From the NCBI GenBank assembly GCA_947631615.1, contig CANRLX010000008.1:1384-65383 (forward strand): a stretch of DNA of 64,000 nucleotides, read 5' to 3'. A model generated the notes under the pieces. It saw only the letters and a program-made list of their open reading frames with translations, did not search any database and was not told the DNA's origin. A program made the translations under genes and the position numbers. Positions 18,816 to 28,819 of this stretch are shown one piece after another. Source of the stretch: an uncultured Acetatifactor sp. (GTDB lineage: Bacteria; Bacillota; Clostridia; Lachnospirales; Lachnospiraceae). Position 1 is the first letter of the stretch. Each line of letters starts with the position of its first letter.

Positions 18816-20688
18816 GAAGATACGAAGGACCCTGGGCGTCCTGCTTTTAAGCGCCGCGCTTGCGGCGACCGCCCTGACGGGATGCGGCTTGGGAAGTGAC
18901 AGCGCCGACGTCTCGGACACTCTGGCAGTCGACACAGACGCCGAAAATGGAAACGGCTCCGCAACTCAGCTCCATCCGGATGATATGTTCTCCGACCGCG
19001 ACCGAGAGATCGGTTGGGACGAGAGCTCCTCCGTGCGCATCACTCTGGCAGACAACGCCTCCACCTGCGATTCCGACGCTGTGGATATAAATGACAATAC
19101 TGTCACAATTTCAGAGGAAGGAACCTATATTCTCTCCGGCTCCCTCTCTGACGGCCAGATCCTTGTCGACGTACAGGACACGGAAAAGGTTCAGCTCGTG
19201 CTGGACAACGCGGATATCAACGGTACCTCCAGCGCTGCCATCTATGTAAAGCAGGCGGATAAAGTGTTCCTCACCCTGGCCGACGGCAGCGACAACCGTT
19301 TAAGCACCTCCGGAGAGTTTATAGATATCGACGACAACCATATAGACGCCGTCCTCTTCTCCAAGGACGACCTGACGCTGAACGGAGCGGGCTCTCTCAC
19401 CGTGGACTCCGCCTGCGGACACGGGATCGTCTCCAAGAATGATCTGCGGATCACCAGCGGAACCTACACCATCTCGGCGGCCTCCAGCGGATTAAACGGC
19501 AAGGACAGTGTCCGCATACTGGACGGCACTTTCACGCTGACCGCAGGCAAGGACGGGATCCACAGTGAGAATACGGATGCGGGCGAAGAGGATCAGGGAT
19601 TTCTGTTCATCGCAGGCGGCAGCTTTACCATAGACAGCGAGAGCGACGGCCTTGACGCTTCCGGTGTCCTTCAGGTGGAGGGCGGTTCTTTCTCCATAGC
19701 GGCGGGGGACGACGGCGTCCACACGGACGATGCCCTGATCATAAACGGCGGCACATTTCTCATCACAGAGAGCTATGAAGGGCTGGAGGGCACCAATATC
19801 ACGATAAACGGCGGAGATATCTCGCTGACTGCCACCGACGACGGGATCAACGCGGCAGGCGGCAATGACCAGAGCGCCTTTGGCCCGTCAACAGAACAGG
19901 AGCGTTTCTCCGGCAGCGACAGCTCCATTACCATCCATGGCGGCACCCTGAACATTGACGCCGGCGGGGACGGCATCGACTCCAACGGAAGCCTTCTCGT
20001 GACTGGCGGAGAGACCTATGTGTCCGGACCTACCGACAACGGAAACGGCGCACTGGACTATGCCGGAGAGGCCGCTGTCACCGGAGGGATCCTGGTGGCC
20101 GCGGGAGCAAACGGAATGGCCTGCAACTTTGGAGAGACCTCCACGCAGGGCTCCATACTGGTGAACTTTCCCACAGCCCTTTCCGCAGGCGATGAAATCC
20201 GCCTTACGGATACGGAGGGCAACGTGCTGGCAAGCTTCACGCCCTCCAAAGCCTACAACAGTGTAGTGGTAAGCTGCCCTGAGATTCAAAAAGGCGCAGC
20301 CTACACTCTGACCGCCGGAGACCAGAGCGTCTCTGTGGAGATGGAAACCCTCATCTATGGAAACGGCATGGGTGGGTTCGGCGGCATGGGCGGCCACGGT
20401 GGCACAGGCGGTTTCGGCGGCATGGGCGGTCACGGCGGCACAGACGGTTTCGGCGGTGGCGGAAGAGACGGCATAATCCCCGATGAAAACGGCGAAATAC
20501 CTCAGAGACCGGACGGTGAAATGCCCCAAATGCCGAGCGGCGAAATGCCTCAAAGACCGGACGGCGAGATGCCTCAAATGCCGGACGGTGAAATGCCCCA
20601 AATGCCAAGCGGCGAGATGCCGCAAATGCCGGACGGTGAGATTCCCCAAATGCCGAGCGGCGAAACGCCTCAAATACCGAGCATGTAA
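18805..20688 (+). CDS. Cthe_2159-family (DUF4353) beta-helix carbohydrate-binding lipoprotein with repetitive tail
   Basis: Lipobox TALTGC; GTYILSG; repeated DG(I/L)xS/A units; GDGIDSNG; GALDY. Confidence 0.85.
   Translation: MNYKKIRRTLGVLLLSAALAATALTGCGLGSDSADVSDTLAVDTDAENGNGSATQLHPDDMFSDRDREIGWDESSSVRITLADNASTCDSDAVDINDNTVTISEEGTYILSGSLSDGQILVDVQDTEKVQLVLDNADINGTSSAAIYVKQADKVFLTLADGSDNRLSTSGEFIDIDDNHIDAVLFSKDDLTLNGAGSLTVDSACGHGIVSKNDLRITSGTYTISAASSGLNGKDSVRILDGTFTLTAGKDGIHSENTDAGEEDQGFLFIAGGSFTIDSESDGLDASGVLQVEGGSFSIAAGDDGVHTDDALIINGGTFLITESYEGLEGTNITINGGDISLTATDDGINAAGGNDQSAFGPSTEQERFSGSDSSITIHGGTLNIDAGGDGIDSNGSLLVTGGETYVSGPTDNGNGALDYAGEAAVTGGILVAAGANGMACNFGETSTQGSILVNFPTALSAGDEIRLTDTEGNVLASFTPSKAYNSVVVSCPEIQKGAAYTLTAGDQSVSVEMETLIYGNGMGGFGGMGGHGGTGGFGGMGGHGGTDGFGGGGRDGIIPDENGEIPQRPDGEMPQMPSGEMPQRPDGEMPQMPDGEMPQMPSGEMPQMPDGEIPQMPSGETPQIPSM
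20491..20682 (+). repeat. 24-bp coding tandem repeat x8 (GE[MIT]PQ[MRI]P[DS]), preceded by GGFGGMGGHGGT x2 at 20371-20442
   Basis: Read directly. Confidence 0.9.
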
Positions 20689-20742
20689 TATGCCGGATGT
20701 CCTATGAGCTCTTAAAGTCCCATTGGGAATCCGCTCACACGC

Positions 20743-21096
20743 TCACAACAGCTTTTCCCACTCGCTCTCTCGGAAGCCCGGGCAGATCAGATCGTCGGAA
20801 ACAAGCAACGGCCTTTTTACCAGCATACCGTCCGATGCCAACAGCCTGATCTGCTCCTCTTCCGACAGTTCCGGCAGCTTATCCTTCAATGCAAGCTCCC
20901 GATAAAGCATACCGCTGGTGTTGAAAAAATTCTTAAGCGGCAGGCCGCTCTTTGCGTGCCACTCCCTTATTTCCTCGACAGACGGGGGCTCCTCCTTAAT
21001 TGGGCGGATCTCATACTCCACCTTTCTTTCGTCCATCCACTTCAGCGCTTTTTTGCACGTGGTACATTTTTCATAACACAAAACCATCGTCTTCAT
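20743..21096 (-). CDS. ArsC/Spx-like arsenate reductase family protein
   Basis: YEKCTTCKKA, FFNTSGMLYREL, GMLVKRP. Confidence 0.88.
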   Translation of the reverse strand: MKTMVLCYEKCTTCKKALKWMDERKVEYEIRPIKEEPPSVEEIREWHAKSGLPLKNFFNTSGMLYRELALKDKLPELSEEEQIRLLASDGMLVKRPLLVSDDLICPGFRESEWEKLL

Positions 21097-21172
21097 AATT
21101 GTCCTCCCATCTGCATTGAATGTGATCCTGCACCATAAATGACCTGTATTTACGGTGTGGACGGCCATAATT

Positions 21173-22816
21173 CTATGGCAAAGTCTGAACCCTATCCGCC
21201 AGGGCAATGGTGGAGGGTCTGTGCGCTATCATGAACAGTGTCCTCTGTCCGTGAAGCTCCTTCAGCGCCCGATTGACCAGCTGCTCCGACTCATTGTCCA
21301 GTGCAGAGGTCGCCTCGTCCAGGAGGATGACCGGCGCTCCCTTCAGGATAGCTCTCGCGATGGCCACCCGCTGCCTCTGCCCGCCGGAAAGGCGGCTGCC
21401 GCGTTCTCCCACCTCAGTGTCGTAACCGTTCTCCAGCTTTTCAATAAAATCATGGGCGTATGCGAGCCTGGCCGCCTGTACGATCTCCTCGTCCGTGGCA
21501 TCAGGTCTGCCCACGCGGATATTTTCCTTCACGCTCCCCAAAAACAGATAAGGCTCCTGGGGAACATAGGCGATCAGCCTTCTGAGCTCTTCGTTGCTCA
21601 GATCTCCGTAGGCTCTTCCGAAAAGCCGGATCTCTCCCGATTTTACAGGGTACAGTCCCAGCAAAAGCTTGGAGAGGGTAGTCTTTCCACAGCCCGAGGG
21701 CCCCACGATAGCGATGCTCTCCCCCGTCTCTACGCGCATGGAAAAATCCCGAAGCAGAGGCTTGTCCTCCCGATAGGAAAAGCTCACATCCGTCATCAAA
21801 AGCGCCGGACTCTCCACGACATTCGCCGACGGCTTTACCTCCCAGCGCTCCGGCTCCTTCGGTACGGCCAGAAACTGAAAGATATTGTCGGCATTTGCAA
21901 GGCACCCCACCAGCTCCGGCAGATATCGGCCAAGCTGTAAAAACTGGCTGGAGAAGCTGCCATACAAGGAGTAGATCGCCGCCAGCGCGCCAATCGTCGT
22001 CTTTCCCTGTCCCACAAAGTAGATCCCAAGCATGAGAAAGGCCAGGGCACAGAGCAGATCAAAACCGGAGTTGGCGCTCTCCAGAAGCCCTGTGTAAAGG
22101 ATCCTGCGCCGATAGCGCTTCGCATAGAGCCTGTTTTGTTCCACAAACTCCTGCACCGTCTCTTTTCCGGCGGCATACATCCTCGCCTGCTCCATTCCCT
22201 GCAGCAGATTGGAGAGCTTTTCTGTCATTTTGGCATTGACCCGGGCCAGATCCTTTGCCACCTTTTGCATCGGAGAAATCATCAGTCCGTTGATGCAGAG
22301 AAGACAGAGATTGACTCCCACCAGACAAAGGGTGATGTGCCAGCTCAAAAGGAGCATCGGGATCAGATAGACCACCATCTGGAGAATCGGCGCTACCGTC
22401 CGGCGGAATCGGGAGCCGTAAATGCTTCCCATCTTCTCCAGATCATAAGACAGCTTTGACAGGAAGTCGCCGCTGTGATGCTCCTCGTAATAGGAATAGG
22501 GAAGACGCACCTCATGGGCGTAGAGCAGCTTGCAGAGCCGCCCATAGGCCCGTTTCGCCTCCACATTGTAGACAATGGCCGCCTTTCGGTAGACCAGCAT
22601 GGAGATCAGGCCTCCCACGATATTCCCCACGATCACATTTCTCATGTGTTTCACGTCGCCTGTCTGTACGGCATCCACAACATTTTTTAACAGCAGGGAG
22701 GACATGACGGTAAACATGGACCACCCTGTGCTCATAAAAAAGATTCCCGCCAGATAGAGGGCGCAGCGCTTTCCCATGATCTTCATGGTTTGAAAGAAGA
22801 GCTTCACCGTCTTCAT
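21173..22816 (-). CDS. ABC exporter, fused TMD-NBD (pair A, gene 2)
   Basis: GPSGCGKTT, LSGGQRQR, LLDEATSALD, IAHR. Confidence 0.92.
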   Translation of the reverse strand: MKTVKLFFQTMKIMGKRCALYLAGIFFMSTGWSMFTVMSSLLLKNVVDAVQTGDVKHMRNVIVGNIVGGLISMLVYRKAAIVYNVEAKRAYGRLCKLLYAHEVRLPYSYYEEHHSGDFLSKLSYDLEKMGSIYGSRFRRTVAPILQMVVYLIPMLLLSWHITLCLVGVNLCLLCINGLMISPMQKVAKDLARVNAKMTEKLSNLLQGMEQARMYAAGKETVQEFVEQNRLYAKRYRRRILYTGLLESANSGFDLLCALAFLMLGIYFVGQGKTTIGALAAIYSLYGSFSSQFLQLGRYLPELVGCLANADNIFQFLAVPKEPERWEVKPSANVVESPALLMTDVSFSYREDKPLLRDFSMRVETGESIAIVGPSGCGKTTLSKLLLGLYPVKSGEIRLFGRAYGDLSNEELRRLIAYVPQEPYLFLGSVKENIRVGRPDATDEEIVQAARLAYAHDFIEKLENGYDTEVGERGSRLSGGQRQRVAIARAILKGAPVILLDEATSALDNESEQLVNRALKELHGQRTLFMIAHRPSTIALADRVQTLP

Positions 22817-24540
22817 CGGATCCCCTCCCTTCCATACATAGCGGCATAGACGCCCTTCTGCCCCATGAGCGTCTCATGGTTTCCGGATTCCACAACCGCT
22901 CCGTCCCTCAGGACAAAGATCTCATCCGCATACCGCACCGTGGAGAGCCTGTGCGCGATGATCACACAGGTTCTCCCCCTGGCAAGCCGCTCCATAGCCT
23001 TCTGGATCACCTTCTCCGTGTCCAGATCCACCGCGGACGTAGGCTCGTCCATAAGCAGAATGGGCGCATTCTTCAAAAAAGCCCTGGCGATGGAAATCCG
23101 CTGTCTCTCCCCTCCGGAGAGCAGTATGCCCCGCTCCCCCACCTGTGTGTCATACTGATTCGGCAGGCTCATAATGAAATCGTGAATACTCGCATTTTTA
23201 CACGCCTGAATGATGTCTTCCTCACTGGCTCCGGTATCGGCATACGCCACATTGGCGCGGATAGTGTCGGGAAAGAGGAATACATTCTGAGATACCAGCG
23301 CGATCCGCTCCCTGGCCGCCTCCGTGTCCCAGGTATGAAAATCTCTGCCATACAAGAGATATTTTCCTCCCACAGGCCGGTAAAATCCGCACAAGATACG
23401 GAAAATCGTGCTTTTCCCTCCTCCGGATTCCCCCACAAACGCAACGGTGCTGCCCACCGGAATTTGAAAGGACAGCTCCTGCAGCACGGGGACCTGTTCT
23501 GCGTAGCAAAAGGAAACCCCCTCAAAGGCGATGGCCGTCTCACCGCTCACAGGCCCCTGGGGCCGATAATTCCCGCTTTCTTCCTCCCTGCCGCGCAGCA
23601 GCTCCTCCACGCGGCGGACACATACCCAATGCTCCCGCGCCTCCACCAAATCAAAGGGAAGCGCCACGAAGGCATCCACGAAACGGCCCAGGATCAGGAT
23701 AAACGTCAAAAGCCCGCCGAGGCTGATATCTCCCCGGCTCACCAGCACATAGGCATATACCGCGCAAACGATATTCGGCATCCACCCCAGGATCCTTCGG
23801 ATCAGGATCGCGTTGTTGGAAATACGAGTGCGCTTTTCTTCATTTTCCACCAGCTCGTCCGCAGCGCGGGAAAGCTTCTCACCAAAATGCCGCTCCGCCC
23901 CAAAGGAACGCAGCACAAGGATGCCGCTCATGCAATCCTGGGCGATCTCCGTGATCCGATCCGATTTCTGGCGGAATACCTTTTTCAGACTGGTGATCTT
24001 CCTGACCACACACTCACTTATCCAGAGCACCAGCGGATAGAGCAGGCACATGACAAGCAGAAGCTTCCAGTTGGTCTGTGCCACGAACACGGCGTAAGTC
24101 AGCACCTCCACCGTCTCCGCGCAGAGCAAGGGGACGTTTTCACCTAACAGCGCATCTGCCTCGGCGATATCGCCATTCATTTTGTTGATGACGGCGGCGG
24201 ATCCATTGTCGTCAAAATACCGGTACTCCAGACGATACAGTTTTTCCGCCACCAGATTTTTATACAGGGTCTGCGTCTTGATCCCAAACAAGGAAGCGCA
24301 TACGCTCTTTAAAAATGCGGCCGCAAAGCCCGCCGCCGTGAACAGTAAAAGAATGGCGAGAAAAGCCGTATACGCTACGGTTTCTCCCGCAAAGAGGGAA
24401 TCCACCGCCGTCCCGATCAAGCGGTTGCCCTCCACCACAGCTCTCGCAAGTATCCAGGAAAAAACGGTCTCCAAAACAAAAAACGGACTGTATCTCCACG
24501 CGCACTTGATAAAGATATTGGGGGGCTTTGCCTTTTTCAT
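22813..24540 (-). CDS. ABC exporter, fused TMD-NBD (pair A, gene 1)
   Basis: GESGGGKST, LSGGERQR, LMDEPTSA, IAHRLST; ATGA overlap with its partner. Confidence 0.92.
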   Translation of the reverse strand: MKKAKPPNIFIKCAWRYSPFFVLETVFSWILARAVVEGNRLIGTAVDSLFAGETVAYTAFLAILLLFTAAGFAAAFLKSVCASLFGIKTQTLYKNLVAEKLYRLEYRYFDDNGSAAVINKMNGDIAEADALLGENVPLLCAETVEVLTYAVFVAQTNWKLLLVMCLLYPLVLWISECVVRKITSLKKVFRQKSDRITEIAQDCMSGILVLRSFGAERHFGEKLSRAADELVENEEKRTRISNNAILIRRILGWMPNIVCAVYAYVLVSRGDISLGGLLTFILILGRFVDAFVALPFDLVEAREHWVCVRRVEELLRGREEESGNYRPQGPVSGETAIAFEGVSFCYAEQVPVLQELSFQIPVGSTVAFVGESGGGKSTIFRILCGFYRPVGGKYLLYGRDFHTWDTEAARERIALVSQNVFLFPDTIRANVAYADTGASEEDIIQACKNASIHDFIMSLPNQYDTQVGERGILLSGGERQRISIARAFLKNAPILLMDEPTSAVDLDTEKVIQKAMERLARGRTCVIIAHRLSTVRYADEIFVLRDGAVVESGNHETLMGQKGVYAAMYGREGIR

Positions 24541-24641
24541 CGGTATCTCCTCATTGCTTTTTTGGTTTTTACCTTATTTTACCCCCCCGTTTGGATTATG
24601 CAACCGTTTTTTGGGGAAACATCCATATTCTTTTTTCTTTG

Positions 24642-25229
24642 TTATCTGTCCCAGCTTTTTTTCCTGTCTTCCTCCGTGATCTCGCGGATCACTCTGCAAG
24701 GGTTCCCCACCGCGACGCTGTTGGACGGAATATCCTTGACAACGACGCTTCCGCCGCCGATCACCACGTTATCCCCTATGGTGACTCCCGGCATCACCTG
24801 GACGCCGGCTCCTATCCAGACATTGCTGCCGACCTTGATCGGATAGGCATACTCCAATCCCTGATTTCTTCTCTCAAAATCGATGGGGTGTCCGGCGGTG
24901 TGGAAGCCGCAGGACGGCGCGATAAAGACGTCGTCTCCGAACGTCACGCCTCCCCCGTCAAGAATGATCAGACCGTGATTGGCATAAAAATTCTCCCCAA
25001 CAGATATCTTATACCCATAATCACACCAAAAGTCCGGTTCTATATGGATCTGTTTGCCGGTCTTTCCAAGAATCTTCTTGATCAGCTCCTCCCGTTTTGC
25101 AAGCTCCTTGATCGGCAAGTGATTATATTCCTGGCACAGGGCTTTACACGCAAGCCTCTCCTCTTCCAGCTCCCTGTCGTAGTTTGCATCGTACAATTTC
25201 TGCGCGTTCATCTTTTCCTTTTCCGTCAT
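24642..25229 (-). CDS. maa: maltose/galactoside O-acetyltransferase
   Basis: FWCDYG, hexapeptide repeats, HTAGHP, AVGNPC. Confidence 0.85.
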   Translation of the reverse strand: MTEKEKMNAQKLYDANYDRELEEERLACKALCQEYNHLPIKELAKREELIKKILGKTGKQIHIEPDFWCDYGYKISVGENFYANHGLIILDGGGVTFGDDVFIAPSCGFHTAGHPIDFERRNQGLEYAYPIKVGSNVWIGAGVQVMPGVTIGDNVVIGGGSVVVKDIPSNSVAVGNPCRVIREITEEDRKKSWDR

Positions 25230-25267
25230 GGAAAGATTCCTCCTCCGGTTTTCAGCTTTTCGTTTCC

Positions 25268-25960
25268 TTACACCTTGAAGCGGTAGCCCACGCCCCAGAT
25301 CGTCTCGATATATTGGGGAGAGGCGGTATTGTCCTCTATCTTCTCGCGGATCTTCTTGATATGGACCGTGACAGTGGCAATGTCGCCCACGGAGTCCATA
25401 TCCCAGATCTCCCGAAACAATTCCTCCTTGGTGTACACATGATTGGGATTTTCCGCCAAAAACGTCAGAAGATCAAACTCCTTGGTGGTGAAGGTTTTCT
25501 CCACGCCGTCCACATAGACGCGGCGTGCCGTCTTGTCGATGCGGATGCCCCTGATCTCCACAATGTCGTTCTGAGGCTTCTGATTCAGCCCTACCAAGCG
25601 CTCATACCGCGCCATATGCGCCTTGACCCTTGCCACCAGCTCGCTGGGACTGAACGGCTTCGTCATATAGTCGTCCGCGCCGAGGCCCAGGCCCCGAATC
25701 TTGTCGATGTCGTCCTTCTTGGCGGAAACCATCAGGATCGGGATATTCTTCTCCTCCCGAATACGCCGGCATACCTCAAAGCCGTCCATCTCCGGCAGCA
25801 TCAGATCCAGGATTACCAGGTCGTAATTTCCGTTTAATGCCGACTGTAAGCCTTCGTCCCCAGAATTGCAGATATCCACCTCAAAATCGCTCAGCTCCAG
25901 GTAGTCCTTCTCCAGATCCGCAATCGCCACCTCGTCCTCAATGATCAATATCCTGCTCAT
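25268..25960 (-). CDS. OmpR-family response regulator
   Basis: IEDE, LDLMLP, KPFS, ETIWGVGYRF. Confidence 0.93.
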   Translation of the reverse strand: MSRILIIEDEVAIADLEKDYLELSDFEVDICNSGDEGLQSALNGNYDLVILDLMLPEMDGFEVCRRIREEKNIPILMVSAKKDDIDKIRGLGLGADDYMTKPFSPSELVARVKAHMARYERLVGLNQKPQNDIVEIRGIRIDKTARRVYVDGVEKTFTTKEFDLLTFLAENPNHVYTKEELFREIWDMDSVGDIATVTVHIKKIREKIEDNTASPQYIETIWGVGYRFKV

Positions 25961-25975
25961 TTCTCTTTCCTCCGA

Positions 25976-27460
25976 TTATGCCTGCTCATTCTGCAGCTCA
26001 ATATATTTTCTAAGCACAAAATGGATACAAGTCCCTTCGCCCTCTCTGCTGGTCGCCCAGATGTAACCGCCGTGGTCCTCAATGATCTTCTTGACAATGG
26101 ACAGCCCGATCCCGCTTCCTCCCTGTGCGGAATTGCGGGAGGTATCGGTGCGGTAGAATCTCTCAAAAATGCGGTTCAGCTCCTTCTGCGCGATCCCCTT
26201 TCCGTTGTCCTCCAGCTCCACGCGGATGGAATCCACCTCATCCAGCAGACGGATGTCGATGACACCGTGCTGCTTATCCATGTACTTGACGCTGTTTCCT
26301 ATGATATTGTTGATGACCTTCTTCATCTGCTCCGGATCCGCAATGACAATAGTGTCAGGCGGCAGAAGATTGGAGTAGTTCAGCCGGATGTTTTTGGACT
26401 CCAGATCCAGCCCGACCTCCTCCACGCAATCGTTAAAATAATCCGCCACATTGATGCGCTGGAAATTATAGGGGATCCGGTTGCTGTCAATTCCGGAATA
26501 CAGGGTCAGCTCATTGATCAGCCGGTCCATATCGTTGGCTTTATTATAGATCGTTTTGATATATTTATCCATCTTTTCCGGAGTGTCCGCCACTCCGTCC
26601 ATGATTCCCTCCACATACCCCTTGATGGCCGTGATGGGGGTCTTTAGGTCGTGGGAGATATTGCTGACCAATTCCTTGTTCTGATTTTCGTTCAGCTGCT
26701 TCTCCTCCGCAGACTCCTTCAGACGCAGGCGCATATCCTCATAATTGCGGTACAGATCCCCGATCTCCCCCTTTTCGTCCGTCTGGAGCACATAGTCGAA
26801 ATCCCCCTCCTTGATCCGCTGCATCGCCATATTGAGCTCATTTACCGGTACAAACACGCTTTTCTTGATCCACTGGGTCAGCATAAAGCTGGTAAAGACC
26901 AAAATGACCAGGATCGCGATAGACATATCGATCAGCAGATGTCTCGAGATCAGGGAATGTGCCTTTGTCACCACAAAAACGCTCCCCTGGCTGCCGTCGC
27001 GGAACAAAAAGTCGATCTGCTTTACATACTTTTCCAGATCGCTGTAATAGTAGCCGGACGCCTCCGCCGACTGCCCGTCCCCATAGGCCGGCAGCCTGGG
27101 AAAAATCAGCTCTGCGGCGGAAGCATTGTTCGTGTAGTACAGCTCCCCGTCCCTTCGCACGATCAAATAGGTAGAGCGTCGGGCCACCCGATCGCTGATC
27201 TCCTCCAGGTACGCCTCATCCTCCAGCAGAGCGGGATCCTCATCGGCCTGCTTTTGCAGCACCTCGTAAACCTTGTCCGTTATACTTGCCACTTCCTGGA
27301 TGTTGTCCGTCATCATGGTATAGTCCATTTCACTGATCGGATATCCCTGCTGAAAATTCAACAGATACATACCGATCACCAAAAATGCCAGCACCGTCAA
27401 AAGCAGCGGCAAGAGCACGATGCTTGCAAACGTCACCTTCAGGCGGGTCTTAAATTTCAT
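25976..27460 (-). CDS. HAMP-domain sensor histidine kinase
   Basis: NISHDLKTP, NIIGNSVKY, DNGKGI, GSGIGLS. Confidence 0.93.
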   Translation of the reverse strand: MKFKTRLKVTFASIVLLPLLLTVLAFLVIGMYLLNFQQGYPISEMDYTMMTDNIQEVASITDKVYEVLQKQADEDPALLEDEAYLEEISDRVARRSTYLIVRRDGELYYTNNASAAELIFPRLPAYGDGQSAEASGYYYSDLEKYVKQIDFLFRDGSQGSVFVVTKAHSLISRHLLIDMSIAILVILVFTSFMLTQWIKKSVFVPVNELNMAMQRIKEGDFDYVLQTDEKGEIGDLYRNYEDMRLRLKESAEEKQLNENQNKELVSNISHDLKTPITAIKGYVEGIMDGVADTPEKMDKYIKTIYNKANDMDRLINELTLYSGIDSNRIPYNFQRINVADYFNDCVEEVGLDLESKNIRLNYSNLLPPDTIVIADPEQMKKVINNIIGNSVKYMDKQHGVIDIRLLDEVDSIRVELEDNGKGIAQKELNRIFERFYRTDTSRNSAQGGSGIGLSIVKKIIEDHGGYIWATSREGEGTCIHFVLRKYIELQNEQA

Positions 27461-27565
27461 GAGAGCCTCCCCCCATTTTTGCTTTTAAACACAGTATATC
27501 ACAAGATGAACCGCCGCGTATCAAAACAATTCGTTAATATCCTTAAAAAAAAATAAAATAAGATA

Positions 27566-27618
27566 TTGACAGCATCCGGAAAATCTGTATAATAAAAATA
27601 GTAACGATTATTGATTTT
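27566..27618 (+). promoter_or_regulatory. sigma-A promoter with a downstream Per/Fur-box-like AT-rich imperfect palindrome
   Basis: TTGACA-16 nt-TATAAT, then AAAATAGTAACGATTATTGATTTT upstream of the Fur-family gene. Confidence 0.55.
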
Positions 27619-27632
27619 GATCGGAGGCTGTC

Positions 27633-28028
27633 ATGTCATTAAAACACAGTAAACAGCGCGACACGATCAAGGCGTTTCTGATGGGGCGGCACGATCATCC
27701 GACTGCGGACATGGTTTATATGAATGTGCGACAACAATATCCCAACATCAGTCTGGGAACCGTCTACCGCAATCTGACGCTGCTGGCGGATCTGGGAGAG
27801 ATCAACCGTCTCCGCGTGGGCGACGGGGTGGATCACTTTGACGCCGACACGTCCCAGCACTATCATTTTGTCTGCTCCGAGTGCGGCGGTGTGTCCGATC
27901 TGGAAATGCCCAGCATAGAAGCGATCAATGACGTGGCACGGGCTTCCTTTGACGGGATGATCGCCGGACATATGACCTATTTCTACGGCGTCTGCGGTCA
28001 GTGTCTCAGAGTCAGGCGGCCGTCCTGA
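27633..28028 (+). CDS. perR: Fur-family repressor, PerR-like
   Basis: [15 protein letters not shown], HYHFVCxxC and CxxC; adjacent to rubrerythrin. Confidence 0.8.
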   Translation: MSLKHSKQRDTIKAFLMGRHDHPTADMVYMNVRQQYPNISLGTVYRNLTLLADLGEINRLRVGDGVDHFDADTSQHYHFVCSECGGVSDLEMPSIEAINDVARASFDGMIAGHMTYFYGVCGQCLRVRRPS

Positions 28029-28077
28029 CCCTTCAACAGGATGTACTAAATTTTATATAAGAAAAGGAGATTATGGT

Positions 28078-28617
28078 ATGAAGTATGTATGTCAGGTATG
28101 TGGTTATGTTCACGAGGGAGATGCTGCACCCGCTGAGTGCCCCATCTGCCACGCTCCCGCCGAGAAGTTCACGGTGCAGAGCGGCGACAAGACCTGGGCC
28201 GCCGAGCATGTGGTAGGCGTTGCAAAGGGAGTTCCCGAGGATATTATAAAGGATCTGCGCGCCAACTTTGAGGGCGAGTGCTCCGAGGTAGGTATGTATC
28301 TGGCAATGGCCCGCGTTGCCCACAGAGAGGGCTATCCCGAGATCGGCCTGTACTGGGAGAAGGCCGCTTTTGAGGAGGCAGAGCACGCCGCTAAGTTTGC
28401 GGAGCTTCTGGGCGAGGTTGTTACGGATTCCACCAAGAAAAATCTGGAGATGCGCGTAGATGCCGAGAACGGCGCTACCGCCGGCAAGACCGATCTGGCC
28501 AAGAGAGCAAAGGAGCTGGGCCTGGATGCGATCCACGACACCGTTCACGAGATGGCAAGAGACGAGGCAAGACACGGCAAGGCTTTCGAGGGACTCTTAA
28601 AGAGATACTTCGGCTGA
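28078..28617 (+). CDS. rbr: reverse rubrerythrin / NADH peroxidase
   Basis: N-terminal rubredoxin CxxC..CPxC; diiron motifs EEAEH and DEARH. Confidence 0.92.
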   Translation: MKYVCQVCGYVHEGDAAPAECPICHAPAEKFTVQSGDKTWAAEHVVGVAKGVPEDIIKDLRANFEGECSEVGMYLAMARVAHREGYPEIGLYWEKAAFEEAEHAAKFAELLGEVVTDSTKKNLEMRVDAENGATAGKTDLAKRAKELGLDAIHDTVHEMARDEARHGKAFEGLLKRYFG

Positions 28618-28646
28618 TCCGGCACTTACATGACAACGACCTTTTT

Positions 28647-28681
28647 GAGGGAGCGGAGCGATTTTCCGCTCCCTTACTTTT
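28647..28681 (+). terminator. rho-independent terminator
   Basis: GGGAGCGGA...TCCGCTCCC followed by a T-rich tail. Confidence 0.7.
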
Positions 28682-28819
28682 CGCGGGATCCTTCCGTGGA
28701 AAAGTAAAGTTTTTTACAATTTGTTCCGAAAACTATTTTAGTGCTTTACGAAACCGCAATTATCCTATATTATGGGATTATCTAGGATAAATTCCGGCGA
28801 CAGAGGAGGAGAGGTCATC

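Noticed and set aside
22876-24147. Long antisense ORFs (e.g. 22876-24147, 41084-42097, 56645-57940, 62871-63839)
   Set aside because: These are shadow frames opposite well-supported genes in GC-rich DNA, with no recognisable motifs.
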